This document shows, in pieces, positions 39,236-48,648 of a stretch of 64,000 nt of DNA; within the stretch, counting starts at the first letter, position 1; every line of letters begins with the position of its first letter. The position numbers and the translations under genes are program-made. A model generated the notes under the pieces. The model was not told the DNA's origin. It did not search any database and saw only the letters and a program-made list of their open reading frames with translations. This DNA comes from an uncultured Selenomonadaceae bacterium (GTDB taxonomy: Bacteria > Bacillota > Negativicutes > Selenomonadales > Selenomonadaceae), in NCBI GenBank assembly GCA_910579115.1, contig CAJTSO010000002.1:7040-71039 (forward strand), read 5' to 3'.

Positions 39236-40551
39236 TTGGACAACATCTCCAATGTATCGTAAAAGACAGGGTAAGAAATATTCACACAGTCGGCATTCTC
39301 AATGGATAAGCCGCACACACATCCCAGAACCGCCAGCGACATGGCCATGCGGTGATCATCATAGGATTTACAATGGGCAGAAATCAGCTTACTTCTATCG
39401 GTAACCCCATGGATTATAAGGCCCTCTTCGGTACCGTCAACATGGCCAGGAGCAATCTTGTTGAATTCGTCGACAATCGCCTGAAGCCTGTCGGTTTCTT
39501 TCACTCGCAACTCACCAGCTCCGGTAATCGTTGTCGTACCCTCTGCCAGCAATGCTGCAACGGCTATAACAGGGATTTCATCAATTAGTCTGGGTATTAT
39601 TTCCTCAGTCAGACAAGTTGCTTTTAGCTTTGCCGTCCGAACCAAAATATCGGCAATGGGTTCACCACCGGATATACGCTTGTTTTTAATTGTCAAATCT
39701 GCACCCATATTTTTAAGTGCATCTACGATGCCGGTACGGGTTTCATTCATCCCCACGCCAGTAAGAAGCAGCTCACTGTTTTCTATAATGCTTCCAGCCA
39801 CGAGCCAGAAAGCCGCTGAACTTATGTCACCGGGAACCGCGATTTCTGTCGGCACATCCAATCGCTCTGTTGGATAAACTGTGACTGCTGTGCGAGATTT
39901 CTCAATTTTCACCCCTGAAGCCGAAAGAAGCCTTTCTGTATGGTCCCGGGATGTATATGGCTCAATGACGGTAACCGGGCCATCTGCTCTGAGCCCCGCC
40001 AATAAGATTGCCGACTTAACCTGAGCGCTTGCCATAGGCATATCATAAGTAATTGCCTTCAGCTTTTCGCCGTCATCACAGGGAAGCACAGTAATGGGTA
40101 GTCGGGAATTTTTCTCACGGCCCACAATCCTTGCTCCCATTTTACTCAGGGGAACAATCACCCTTCCCATTGGCCGACGGGAAAGGGACGCATCTCCCGC
40201 AAAAGTTGAAAGGAACGGTCGGCCAGCCAGCATACCCATCATAAGACGGAGGGTGGTTCCGGAATTACCCGCGTCCAAAACCGTTGACGGCTCTTTTAAT
40301 CCATTAAGACCGATGCCTGTTACCATCATTTCTCCGTCAGATAACTTTTCAACCTTCGTCCCCAATGAACGCATTACTCCAACAGTGGATAAGCAATCTG
40401 CCGATTCAAGGAAATTTGTTATGTGTACAGTTTTACCCGACTCATTCATGGCGCCAAACATTATGCTGCGATGAGAAACCGACTTATCACCAGGAATCTT
40501 TACAGTTCCGTGAAGACCATTTTTCACGACTGAAATCATTTTTACTGTCAT
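39232..40551 (-). CDS. aroA: 3-phosphoshikimate 1-carboxyvinyltransferase (EPSP synthase)
   Basis: PGDKSVSHR, LDAGNSGTTLRL and RVKETDR motifs. The ATG at 40551 follows AGGTGG. Confidence 0.93.
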   Translation of the reverse strand: MTVKMISVVKNGLHGTVKIPGDKSVSHRSIMFGAMNESGKTVHITNFLESADCLSTVGVMRSLGTKVEKLSDGEMMVTGIGLNGLKEPSTVLDAGNSGTTLRLMMGMLAGRPFLSTFAGDASLSRRPMGRVIVPLSKMGARIVGREKNSRLPITVLPCDDGEKLKAITYDMPMASAQVKSAILLAGLRADGPVTVIEPYTSRDHTERLLSASGVKIEKSRTAVTVYPTERLDVPTEIAVPGDISSAAFWLVAGSIIENSELLLTGVGMNETRTGIVDALKNMGADLTIKNKRISGGEPIADILVRTAKLKATCLTEEIIPRLIDEIPVIAVAALLAEGTTTITGAGELRVKETDRLQAIVDEFNKIAPGHVDGTEEGLIIHGVTDRSKLISAHCKSYDDHRMAMSLAVLGCVCGLSIENADCVNISYPVFYDTLEMLSK

Positions 40552-40560
40552 TACTACCAC

Positions 40561-41988
40561 CTACGATTGTACGGTTATATTTTGTTTTATTTTACCATTA
40601 TTCTGATAAATCCGCAACAAACGCCCTTGCCGCTGCAACACCCGCTGCATGACCAGTGGAAAAAGCTGCCTGCAGATTGTATCCGCCGGTATAACCATCA
40701 ATATTGACACTTCCCCTGCCCAATATAGTCCGGAAATTAGCCTGGACGCCATTGTCTTGGGAATTATTTCGTCGGTATCCACCCCGCCGGCTGTCACTAT
40801 TGCCTCCGTATAAGGTCTTGTTCCAGCCACCACCAGTGACAGTGATTTTACAGTGTCAACCAATCTGAACCGGCTTTCCCTGGAAAGGCCATTGGCAATC
40901 TGCATTCCGTCTATAAATGATTGATCAAGAATCGGCCCGATCAATTTCATTGGCAATAAATCGACCAAAGCATTCTTCATTACCTTACCAGCATACTTTT
41001 CAATATCCCTGTCAAGTCTAACTGACAACTGGTTCCTTGTAAGGGCAGGCTTAAGATCAATCAATATTTCCACGAAGGCCGGTGGGGCCTGCACGTTTAG
41101 CGCTTCACTTGCCCGTCTGGATAACCGGAGAACTATAGGGCCCGACACACCAAAATGAGTGAAAAGAAGTTCGCCAAACTCCTGTCCCTCATCAACTCCA
41201 TCAATCCTCAGCGTTGCCCGGACATTTTTCAGGGTCAGTCCAGCTGCCTCCGCAGTCCAATCATCTTCGGTTTCTAATGGCACCAAAGCGGGAAAAGTTG
41301 CTACAATCGTATGTCCCAGAGATCTTGCCCAGCCATAGCCATCTCCGGAGGAGCCTGTGGCAGGATATGATAAACCTCCTGTAGCGACAATTACTATATC
41401 CGCCAATATCTCTTCACCGCTTCTGAGCCGAACTCCCTTTATTCTCTTTTGGGGCATAAGGTTTGCTGACTTCTTTATCCCGCTCTTTCTTTTATCCATC
41501 GTTTTATCCTGAAGATAATTAAAGTTGGGTGAAGTCAGTTGCTCCCACAAGAGCCCGGCTACCGGTGAAGATGTCCTAATTCTTACTCCCAATTGTCTTG
41601 CGGAGACTGTCAGGGCCGTTACTAAATCCTCCGCGTTGTCACTAACGGGAAATACTCTGTTTCCTCTCTCCACCTTTATTGGAACATCGGCCTCTTCAAA
41701 GAATGATACAACATCATCGTTAGTAAAGGCGCGGAGGCTGCTGTTTAGAAAAGAACCGCCACCTGGAATATTGGATATTATTTCCGGTAAAGTCGATGCG
41801 TTTGTAAGATTACCCCTTCCTTTGCCGGTAATTCTTAGTTTCCGGCCACATTTCTGCATCTTTTCCACAAGGATTATTTCCGGCCTTTTCTCAGAAGGAA
41901 TACACAAATCGTCAAATTCTTCGGCTAAAGCAATACCTGCCATCAATCCGGCTGGACCACCGCCAACAATTATAATTCTCTTATTCAT
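40561..41988 (-). CDS. HI0933/BaiN-type FAD-dependent oxidoreductase with an apparent 1-nt frameshift near 40707
   Basis: N-terminal IIIVGGGPAGLMAG dinucleotide fold. After ...GLYWAGEV the annotated frame gives a non-family tail. The family-typical C-terminus (V)NIDGYTGGYNLQAAFSTGHAAGVAAARAFVADLSE-stop is encoded in another frame and ends at 40598-40600 (my own translation). Confidence 0.8.
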   Translation of the reverse strand: MNKRIIIVGGGPAGLMAGIALAEEFDDLCIPSEKRPEIILVEKMQKCGRKLRITGKGRGNLTNASTLPEIISNIPGGGSFLNSSLRAFTNDDVVSFFEEADVPIKVERGNRVFPVSDNAEDLVTALTVSARQLGVRIRTSSPVAGLLWEQLTSPNFNYLQDKTMDKRKSGIKKSANLMPQKRIKGVRLRSGEEILADIVIVATGGLSYPATGSSGDGYGWARSLGHTIVATFPALVPLETEDDWTAEAAGLTLKNVRATLRIDGVDEGQEFGELLFTHFGVSGPIVLRLSRRASEALNVQAPPAFVEILIDLKPALTRNQLSVRLDRDIEKYAGKVMKNALVDLLPMKLIGPILDQSFIDGMQIANGLSRESRFRLVDTVKSLSLVVAGTRPYTEAIVTAGGVDTDEIIPKTMASRLISGLYWAGEVSILMVIPADTICRQLFPLVMQRVLQRQGRLLRIYQNNGKIKQNITVQS

Positions 41989-42712
41989 TATTCAGACCAG
42001 CTATCTCATACAACTTTTTAACCTCATCCTCCATCAAAAAACGCTTGGCCCCACATTCCAGTCCTTTAAGTGATAACGTGGCAAACCTGACTCTTCGTAA
42101 AGAAACTACTCTACAGCCAACCGACTCAAACATCCGGCGTATCTGCCTGTTCCTTCCCTCGTGAATTGTGACTCTCACTTCATAAAGAGGCGGCTTGCTG
42201 CGGGGCAGGAGCAATACCTGAGCCGGGGCCGTCTTTCCATCGGACAAATTGATCCCGTTACGCAACGCACCTAATTTTTCTCCCGTTAATTCACCTTCCA
42301 CCATAGCTATGTATGTCTTTTTAACCTCCTGGCGTGGGTGGAGAAGCCCGTTCATCAATTCACCATCGTTTGTCAGAAGAAGCAGTCCCTCTGTATCGTA
42401 ATCCAATCTGCCCACCGGATATATTCTCTCCTTAACAGACGAAACCAGATCCAATACTGTTTTTCTCCCTCGGTCATCTGATGCCGTGCTTATATAGCCT
42501 ACAGGCTTATTGACGATTACATAGATAGGTTTCTCCGGTGCTACAAGCTTTTTTCCGTCAACTTCTATGTCCTGACCCGGCCATTCCGCCTGAAATCCAA
42601 TCTCCGTTACCAGCTTGCCGTCAACCCTTACCCTTCCACCAACAATCAGCTTTTCAGCCGCTCGACGGGAACATATGCCCGCCCTGGCGATTATTTTTTG
42701 TAAACGCTCCAT
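41981..42712 (-). CDS. rluB: pseudouridine synthase, RsuA/RluB family (S4 domain + catalytic domain)
   Basis: MERLQKIIARAGICSRRAAEKLI (S4 domain) and the RLDYDTEGLLLLTNDG catalytic motif. The ORF extends to 42835, but the family start is the ATG at 42712. Confidence 0.85.
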   Translation of the reverse strand: MERLQKIIARAGICSRRAAEKLIVGGRVRVDGKLVTEIGFQAEWPGQDIEVDGKKLVAPEKPIYVIVNKPVGYISTASDDRGRKTVLDLVSSVKERIYPVGRLDYDTEGLLLLTNDGELMNGLLHPRQEVKKTYIAMVEGELTGEKLGALRNGINLSDGKTAPAQVLLLPRSKPPLYEVRVTIHEGRNRQIRRMFESVGCRVVSLRRVRFATLSLKGLECGAKRFLMEDEVKKLYEIAGLNNE

Positions 42713-42925
42713 TTTCTTGAATCCCACATGATATATTTTACCATCACCCATTACATAACTGTGCCTGACAAATGATTCTATCACGAGACCTGACAATTTC
42801 CTAGAAAATAATTTACCAGTTGCCGCTAATTCCATTGCGAAATTTTCATTTCTCTTTGCAGGCTAGTATGATATAATGTCTCAATAATTTTTCAGAAACT
42901 ATTTTATGAAGGATGATAACAACCT

Positions 42926-43294
42926 ATGGCAAAATTCACACGTAAAATCAAAAAAAATATGGATGCACCACGTATTGCTGCTGAAGAAGAAGCAAAAGAT
43001 ATCGCCGCCTCTCAGCCTCACAATCAACAGTTCCGTTCCTGGGAGGTTTATGTTATCGCCGGCGTTATGGCTCTGACTCTCTTCCTTGTGGCTGGCAGTT
43101 GGGAAATTCTTGATGCTGCAAACCGTATCATGTACATCGTACTCCTCATTACCCTTGGTCTTATGTATATGCAGCGCCGGATGACTACGCTCAGCGAAAA
43201 ACAGAGTCTCTGGCTTGGCAGAGCAGTTTTGGCTCTTCTTGGCTCATCGGTAGTAATTTTCCTCATCAACAGCTACAACACCTATTTCCAATAA
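42926..43294 (+). CDS. small hypothetical membrane protein (three predicted TM segments)
   Basis: 122 aa with a charged N-terminus followed by three hydrophobic stretches. I recognise no family. Confidence 0.45.
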   Translation: MAKFTRKIKKNMDAPRIAAEEEAKDIAASQPHNQQFRSWEVYVIAGVMALTLFLVAGSWEILDAANRIMYIVLLITLGLMYMQRRMTTLSEKQSLWLGRAVLALLGSSVVIFLINSYNTYFQ

Positions 43295-43309
43295 GTTAGG
43301 AGTGCTGAT

Positions 43310-44356
43310 ATGGCATTTAAGTCCTTGTATGACATTACTGTCATAGAAAAGCCCGTACGGGCCGCCCTTGGAAACGAAACGACCGAATCAACTATAGCTA
43401 TTCTTGAAGGCATCCGTCTTGCGATGAACAACTACTGCTCATTTCGTATGCCAATTGTCCTTACTGATGAAGCTATAGATCGTCTTGGATTCAACAAAGA
43501 TTCCAATGAAAACCCAAATCCGGAAGAATTGGTTGACCCAGAACACGACTTTACCCTCCGCACTATCCACAATGAAGAAACAAACAAAGACTGGCTTGTA
43601 GCTTTTACCAGTGAAGAGGAGTCGGGAAAAGGTCCGGCATCAGCAATTTACACAGTTCCCCTTTTTGATATTCTCCCAAAGGTAGCTGCCATTCAGGAGG
43701 TCGAAGGAATTGTTATCAATCCCTGGGGAACAGCCTTCAGTCTTCGCCGTTCCATGATTGAAGAAATACTTCGCATCAACAACCCTGAAAGTCAGATATT
43801 CTTTAACCTTGGAGACATAACTACCTTGGAATGCGATGCTATCGTTAATGCTGCCAATGAGCGCCTTGTCAGTGGCAGCGGCGTAGATGGTGCCATTCAT
43901 CTGGCTGCTGGCAAACGTCTCAACAAAGCCTGCCGCGAGCTTGGCGGCTGCGAAACCGGAAAAGCGAAAATCACCAAAGGTTATAACCTGAAAGCTCGCT
44001 ACATCATACACACCGTTGGCCCTGTATACAGGGGAAAGGGCGATGAGGCCAGCTATCTTGCTGATTGCTACCTTAATAGTCTGAATCTTGCCAGGGCACA
44101 TAATATCCACAGTATTGCATTCCCTGCCATTTCAACCGGAGCGTACAAATTCCCCGCGGAAGAAGCGGCAAATATTGCGCTTGATATAACTGCGCAATGG
44201 CTTGAGCTAAATTCTGATTATGGTTTGCAGGTAATTTTCTGTTGTTATGACCAAGGAATGCTTGATATATACCAGAATGTTCTCAGCAATATGACAAAGC
44301 AGATGAATCCTCCTGATTTTCAGGAGCCAGTTGATCTTGATCTACAAAAAACCTAA
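43310..44356 (+). CDS. fusion protein: SseB-like N-terminal domain + C-terminal macro domain (ADP-ribose / O-acetyl-ADP-ribose hydrolase type)
   Basis: AGGAG RBS. The C-terminal half has the macro-domain motifs GDITTLECDAIVNAAN, GSGVDGAIH and FPAISTGAYKFP. The N-terminal half has the WLVAFTSEEE ... GIVINPWG pattern I associate with the SseB family; that part is less certain. Confidence 0.75.
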   Translation: MAFKSLYDITVIEKPVRAALGNETTESTIAILEGIRLAMNNYCSFRMPIVLTDEAIDRLGFNKDSNENPNPEELVDPEHDFTLRTIHNEETNKDWLVAFTSEEESGKGPASAIYTVPLFDILPKVAAIQEVEGIVINPWGTAFSLRRSMIEEILRINNPESQIFFNLGDITTLECDAIVNAANERLVSGSGVDGAIHLAAGKRLNKACRELGGCETGKAKITKGYNLKARYIIHTVGPVYRGKGDEASYLADCYLNSLNLARAHNIHSIAFPAISTGAYKFPAEEAANIALDITAQWLELNSDYGLQVIFCCYDQGMLDIYQNVLSNMTKQMNPPDFQEPVDLDLQKT

Positions 44357-44394
44357 ATCTGATGAATAAATAAAGATTATAAAGGAGAATAAGT

Positions 44395-44733
44395 ATGTTT
44401 GGCGGTATGGGAAATATGGGCAATATGGCCCAAATGATGAAAAAGGTTCAAAAAGCTCAGGCTCAGATGAAACTGATGCAGGAAGAAATAAAGAAGAAGA
44501 CCGTAGAGGTTACTGTGGGCGGCGGCGCTGTTAAAATAGCGATGAATGGCGACCATGTGGTTCAAAGTCTCTATATCGATAAGAGCGCTGTGGACCCTGA
44601 AGATGTCGAGATGTTGCAGGATCTCGTAATGTCTGCCATGAATGAAGTTATCAAAAAGACTGATGACATGATGAACAACGAAATGCAGAAGCTCATGAGC
44701 AACCTCGGACTTCCTGCTGGGATGATGGGCTGA
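44395..44733 (+). CDS. ybaB: nucleoid-associated protein YbaB/EbfC
   Basis: 112 aa with MMKKVQKAQAQMKLMQEEI...GGGAVKIAMNG, typical of YbaB. It is followed by recR. Confidence 0.93.
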   Translation: MFGGMGNMGNMAQMMKKVQKAQAQMKLMQEEIKKKTVEVTVGGGAVKIAMNGDHVVQSLYIDKSAVDPEDVEMLQDLVMSAMNEVIKKTDDMMNNEMQKLMSNLGLPAGMMG

Positions 44734-44739
44734 TTTTTT

Positions 44740-45336
44740 ATGGAAATGATCGCTCCCTTGGCAAAGCTTATTGAACATTTTCGCTCTTTACCTGGTATTG
44801 GCGCAAAAAGTGCAGTACGTCTTGCTTATCACGTTATTGACATGGAACCGGCTAAAGCCAAAGCTCTGGCCTCAGCAATTACAGAGGCTCGAGAACGCAT
44901 TGGTTTCTGTCCTGTCTGCTGCAATCTGACGGATACCAGTCCCTGCCAAATATGCAGTAGCACTAAAAGAGATCATTCAATGATCTGCGTTGTTGAACAA
45001 CCTCAGGATGTAGCTGCCATTGAAAGAATGCACAACTACCACGGTATGTACCATGTTCTCCACGGCGCTCTCAGCCCTCTTGATGGAATAGGACCAGACC
45101 GCCTTCGAATAAAAGAGTTACTGAACCGCTTCAATAATGATACCGTCAAGGAAGTTATCATCGCTACGGACCCGAATGTGGAAGGAGAAGCCACTTCCAT
45201 GTATTTGGCACGGCTTCTTAAACCACTCGGTCTAAAGGTTACCAGAATTGCCCATGGACTTCCGATCGGCGGTGACTTGGAATATGCTGATGAAATAACT
45301 TTAGCCAAAGCAATGGAAAATCGTGTTTTACTATAG
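44740..45336 (+). CDS. recR: recombination protein RecR
   Basis: LPGIGAKSA helix-hairpin-helix, a C4 zinc finger (CPVCCNLTDTSPCQIC) and a Toprim domain. Confidence 0.95.
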   Translation: MEMIAPLAKLIEHFRSLPGIGAKSAVRLAYHVIDMEPAKAKALASAITEARERIGFCPVCCNLTDTSPCQICSSTKRDHSMICVVEQPQDVAAIERMHNYHGMYHVLHGALSPLDGIGPDRLRIKELLNRFNNDTVKEVIIATDPNVEGEATSMYLARLLKPLGLKVTRIAHGLPIGGDLEYADEITLAKAMENRVLL

Positions 45337-45426
45337 CTATCTTTGATTGCCTCTGCTAGTGTAAAGAAAATTCCTGTGGAAATTTTTGAACTCATGCATT
45401 ACAAACCATGATAAGGAGGGATAACA

Positions 45427-45675
45427 ATGACTTCGACTGTCATTATTAGTTTTGCGGTGGGCGTTCTCGCCATTCTATTGATTGCTAAGCTCATTGGATT
45501 AAGTATCAGCCTTATAATAAAGTTTCTCACCAATAGCGTTATTGGCGCTTTCATGCTTATTATTGTAAATCTTTTTGGTGCTAATTTAGATATTACCATT
45601 CTAAAAGCTCTTCTTGCCGGTATCTTTGGCATACCGGGTGTCATCGCGATAATTATTTGGGATAAAATGCTATAA
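45427..45675 (+). CDS. bofA: BofA-family small membrane protein (pro-sigma-K processing inhibitor homologue)
   Basis: 82 aa with two TM segments and a C-terminal GIPGVIAIII motif. It sits in the classical Firmicutes position after recR. Confidence 0.65.
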   Translation: MTSTVIISFAVGVLAILLIAKLIGLSISLIIKFLTNSVIGAFMLIIVNLFGANLDITILKALLAGIFGIPGVIAIIIWDKML

Positions 45676-45680
45676 CGCCG

Positions 45681-45733
45681 AAAAAAAAACAGGCAGTGCA
45701 AAGTGAGTAATCATTTTGCACTGCCTGTTTTTT
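45681..45733. terminator. bidirectional intrinsic terminator between convergent bofA and the metF-like gene
   Basis: An A9 run, then the 14-bp perfect stem ACAGGCAGTGCAAA / TTTGCACTGCCTGT, then a T5 run. Confidence 0.8.
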
Positions 45734-45745
45734 CTCAGGCTCCGA

Positions 45746-46492
45746 TCAATCTGACAATACTCCGGTAACATAGGCCAAAAAATCCGCTTTTATCGGCATC
45801 AAATAAACATTTTCATTGTATTGTCCAGCAAATTCTATTACCTGCCGTCCAAATTTTACGCTCCAATCCATACCAATCTCAAATTCCCGTGGAAAAACAA
45901 CGTTGTTTTTTTGTTCCCAATAACTTTTTGAATTGTCAGAAAGTACCGGCGTTATTCCCCAGTATACATCAAGCCCATGAAGCATATCCGCATACATCTC
46001 CAGAAATCTCATATCAAAAAAAGGCTGAGTAAAAAATCCATTAGCCCCTGCCTGCAGCTTCCTGCGAATGCGGTACTGCTCCTGTCGCATACTGCCCCGG
46101 TACTGGTCAATACCGGCATACACTTTTATATCCGGCATTTCCTTTTTGAATTTCCAAATGACATCAATAGATTCGGTAGGATAAAACGTGTGCGTCATAT
46201 CCTGAGGGGGATCACCCTGAATGACCAATACCTCTTTAATGTTATTCTTCCGTAGATAATCCGCCATGGGAAGCGGTCTTTCCAAATCAATATCCATAGC
46301 TCTAATATGAGGGATAACTGAAGGAAAATACTTTTTGGCTGCAACAGCTCCATCCGGCCCCCGTAGCTCGCAGCTAAGCAAATCCGGTATGTTTATGATA
46401 TCGATCATTGATAGCTTGCTTTCAGCCATCTGTAACTCATTTATTAATCCCGCTTCCGTTCTGGGGACAAGTTCTAGTGATATTCTTGCCAT
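45746..46492 (-). CDS. methylenetetrahydrofolate reductase family protein (short form)
   Basis: 248 aa with ISLELVPR, VIQGDPP and GANGFFTQPFFD, which resemble MetF family blocks. Confidence 0.65.
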   Translation of the reverse strand: MARISLELVPRTEAGLINELQMAESKLSMIDIINIPDLLSCELRGPDGAVAAKKYFPSVIPHIRAMDIDLERPLPMADYLRKNNIKEVLVIQGDPPQDMTHTFYPTESIDVIWKFKKEMPDIKVYAGIDQYRGSMRQEQYRIRRKLQAGANGFFTQPFFDMRFLEMYADMLHGLDVYWGITPVLSDNSKSYWEQKNNVVFPREFEIGMDWSVKFGRQVIEFAGQYNENVYLMPIKADFLAYVTGVLSD

Positions 46493-46574
46493 ATTCCATC
46501 TCCCCTTTTTTACTGATATGTAATGATCTGCTTACTTAATCAGAAGCTATGAAGTACCCTTGCAAATCCATTCA

Positions 46575-46605
46575 ACAAAACAGGGCGGCAGAAGCCGCCC
46601 TTATT
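46575..46605 (-). terminator. intrinsic terminator after the substrate-binding-protein gene
   Basis: AGGGCGGC-TTCT-GCCGCCCT followed by GTTTTG on the minus strand. Confidence 0.65.
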
Positions 46606-46608
46606 TTA

Positions 46609-47526
46609 CTACTTGCTGCCACCCTCAATAACGAGAGTCTCCATATAATCAGGGCCATAGGTTCCTTCAAGAGTGGCTTTATACGCGACATGGAAGAACT
46701 TCTCGCCACCGAGAGAAACAATCTCATCATTGATCCATTTCCGAAGGCTGTCATTACCCTTTGAAACAGCCGGTGCAATAATATCAGCGCTGCCGAGAGA
46801 TGGAATTCCTACAGTAAAACCGGGAGTTGACTTTGAGAAAGCAATTACCTCAGTGTTGTCATTTGCCCAAGCAACCGCATTGCCATTCTCAATAGCATTT
46901 TTGGCAGTCGCATAAGTATCATACTTCTGCAGAGGAATGTTGGGGTAATTTTCCATAAGGTACATTTCAGCAGTGGTGCCGCTGATAACGATCATCGAAT
47001 CGTCTTTATTCCAATTTTCCAAAGAATAAACAACCCGAGAGTCAGGAGAAACGACACCGAGAGCTACATTCATGTACGGCAGGCAGAAATCAACCTCCTC
47101 AGCCCGCTGGGGAGTGACAGTAAAGTTGGCCAGGATTATATCCACCTTACCGGTCTGAAGATAAGCGATACGATTAGCCGCCTCGGTAGAAATAAAATTC
47201 ACCTTTACGCCAAGGTCATTACCAATACGCTTTGCCAGATAAACATCATAGCCCTGGTATTCACCATTCTCATCAACATAGCCAAAAGGATTCTTATCCG
47301 AGAAAACGCCAATATTAATTTCTCCGCTTGATTTAATAACGTCCAATGAACGGAAATCTCCAGCATGGAGCCCCGCCGGGGTGTCCCCGTCTTTAAGTTT
47401 CGTGTCTGTCTGCTCAGTCTTCTGAGCTGGCTTTGCATCCTGATTCTTATCTGCTCCACCGCCACAACCAGCTACAGCTAAAGCAAGAATGGCTATAGAC
47501 ACAAGAATGAGATAGACCTTCTTCAT
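46609..47526 (-). CDS. amino-acid ABC transporter substrate-binding lipoprotein (SBP family 3), orphan (no permease or ATPase adjacent)
   Basis: Lipobox LAVAGC after a signal peptide, with a family 3 SBP pattern (GVFSDKNPFGYVDENG...DIILANFTVTPQRAEEVDF). Confidence 0.82.
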   Translation of the reverse strand: MKKVYLILVSIAILALAVAGCGGGADKNQDAKPAQKTEQTDTKLKDGDTPAGLHAGDFRSLDVIKSSGEINIGVFSDKNPFGYVDENGEYQGYDVYLAKRIGNDLGVKVNFISTEAANRIAYLQTGKVDIILANFTVTPQRAEEVDFCLPYMNVALGVVSPDSRVVYSLENWNKDDSMIVISGTTAEMYLMENYPNIPLQKYDTYATAKNAIENGNAVAWANDNTEVIAFSKSTPGFTVGIPSLGSADIIAPAVSKGNDSLRKWINDEIVSLGGEKFFHVAYKATLEGTYGPDYMETLVIEGGSK

Positions 47527-47553
47527 TGAATAAACTCCTTTTTAGAATCCTGC

Positions 47554-47865
47554 TTATTCGGCTTCTTCTTCCCTCATCATTTCTTCGTAAATAGCATTGA
47601 CCTTTTCAAACTCTTCATCGGTGGGCTCGACGTATTCATACTCACCATCCTCATCGGTAACCACCTTAGCGAAGAATGCTGAATCCTCATCCTCGGACTC
47701 CTCACCATCATATGTGTCCGGAACCAGGAGTGCATAGGTATCATCACCGACAGGAATCAGCATTTCCTCGATAAAGTAATGCTCATTGCCGTCATCATCC
47801 ATCATGACTATAACAACTTCTTCATCCTCGAAATCAGTCTCATTAATAATTCCTTTATCAGCCAT
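47554..47865 (-). CDS. DUF1292 family acidic protein
   Basis: 103 aa and very acidic. It sits in the conserved position after ruvX (YrzB-like). Confidence 0.75.
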   Translation of the reverse strand: MADKGIINETDFEDEEVVIVMMDDDGNEHYFIEEMLIPVGDDTYALLVPDTYDGEESEDEDSAFFAKVVTDEDGEYEYVEPTDEEFEKVNAIYEEMMREEEAE

Positions 47866-47884
47866 GACAATCTCCTTTCAAAAT

Positions 47885-48325
47885 TTATCCTTTTGGCAGA
47901 CTATCTAAATACCCTTGCAGGATATAGACAGCTGCCATTTTATCAATTACTCTCTTGCGTTTCTTCCGGCTGACATCAGCTGCTATAAGGGACTTTGCTG
48001 CCGCGACTGTAGAGAGCCGTTCATCCCAAAAAATGATATTGGCCTCGGGAATAAATTCCTTAAGTCTGGTAGAAAACTCCTTGACAAATTCGCAGCGGGA
48101 ACCCTCACTGCCGTTCATGTTGCGTGGGTAACCAACGACAAAATCCATGGCTTCAAATTGACGGCTAATTTCCACAAGCCGTTCAAAATCTTTCTCCGGA
48201 GACCGGGGATTTCTCCTGATTGTTTCCACCCCTTGAGCTGTAATAAGTAACAAGTCGCTTACTGCAACGCCAATAGTAGCATCTCCGACATCAAGAGAAA
48301 GGTACCGTTTTTGCGGAAAGTCCAT
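47885..48325 (-). CDS. ruvX: Holliday-junction-resolvase-like nuclease RuvX/YqgF
   Basis: LSLDVGDATIGVAVSD N-terminal motif and DERLSTV. Confidence 0.9.
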   Translation of the reverse strand: MDFPQKRYLSLDVGDATIGVAVSDLLLITAQGVETIRRNPRSPEKDFERLVEISRQFEAMDFVVGYPRNMNGSEGSRCEFVKEFSTRLKEFIPEANIIFWDERLSTVAAAKSLIAADVSRKKRKRVIDKMAAVYILQGYLDSLPKG

Positions 48326-48327
48326 AG

Positions 48328-48585
48328 TCAGCTCTCACGGATTCTATCAACATAGGAACGAACAAACTCTTCAAGGAGCTCATCCCGTTCAAGCTGACGG
48401 ATTTGGCTGCGTGCGTCATTGTAACTGGTAATATAGGCAGGATCACCGGAAAGAAGATACCCCACCAGCTGATTGATGGGATTGTACCCCTTCTCATCCA
48501 TGGCGGCACAGACATTTCTAATAATCGTCTCGGCTTTTGAACGATTTTTCTCCCTTTTGTACATCATTGTCTCATCGCTTACCAT
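48328..48585 (-). CDS. ireB: IreB family regulatory phosphoprotein (UPF0297)
   Basis: 85 aa with the [20 protein letters not shown] signature. It lies upstream of ruvX as in other Firmicutes. Confidence 0.85.
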   Translation of the reverse strand: MVSDETMMYKREKNRSKAETIIRNVCAAMDEKGYNPINQLVGYLLSGDPAYITSYNDARSQIRQLERDELLEEFVRSYVDRIRES

Positions 48586-48648
48586 TTGCGCACCTCCTAA
48601 ATCAATTGTACTATCAAATCAGCAATGCAAACAGAAATACAGGTATTA

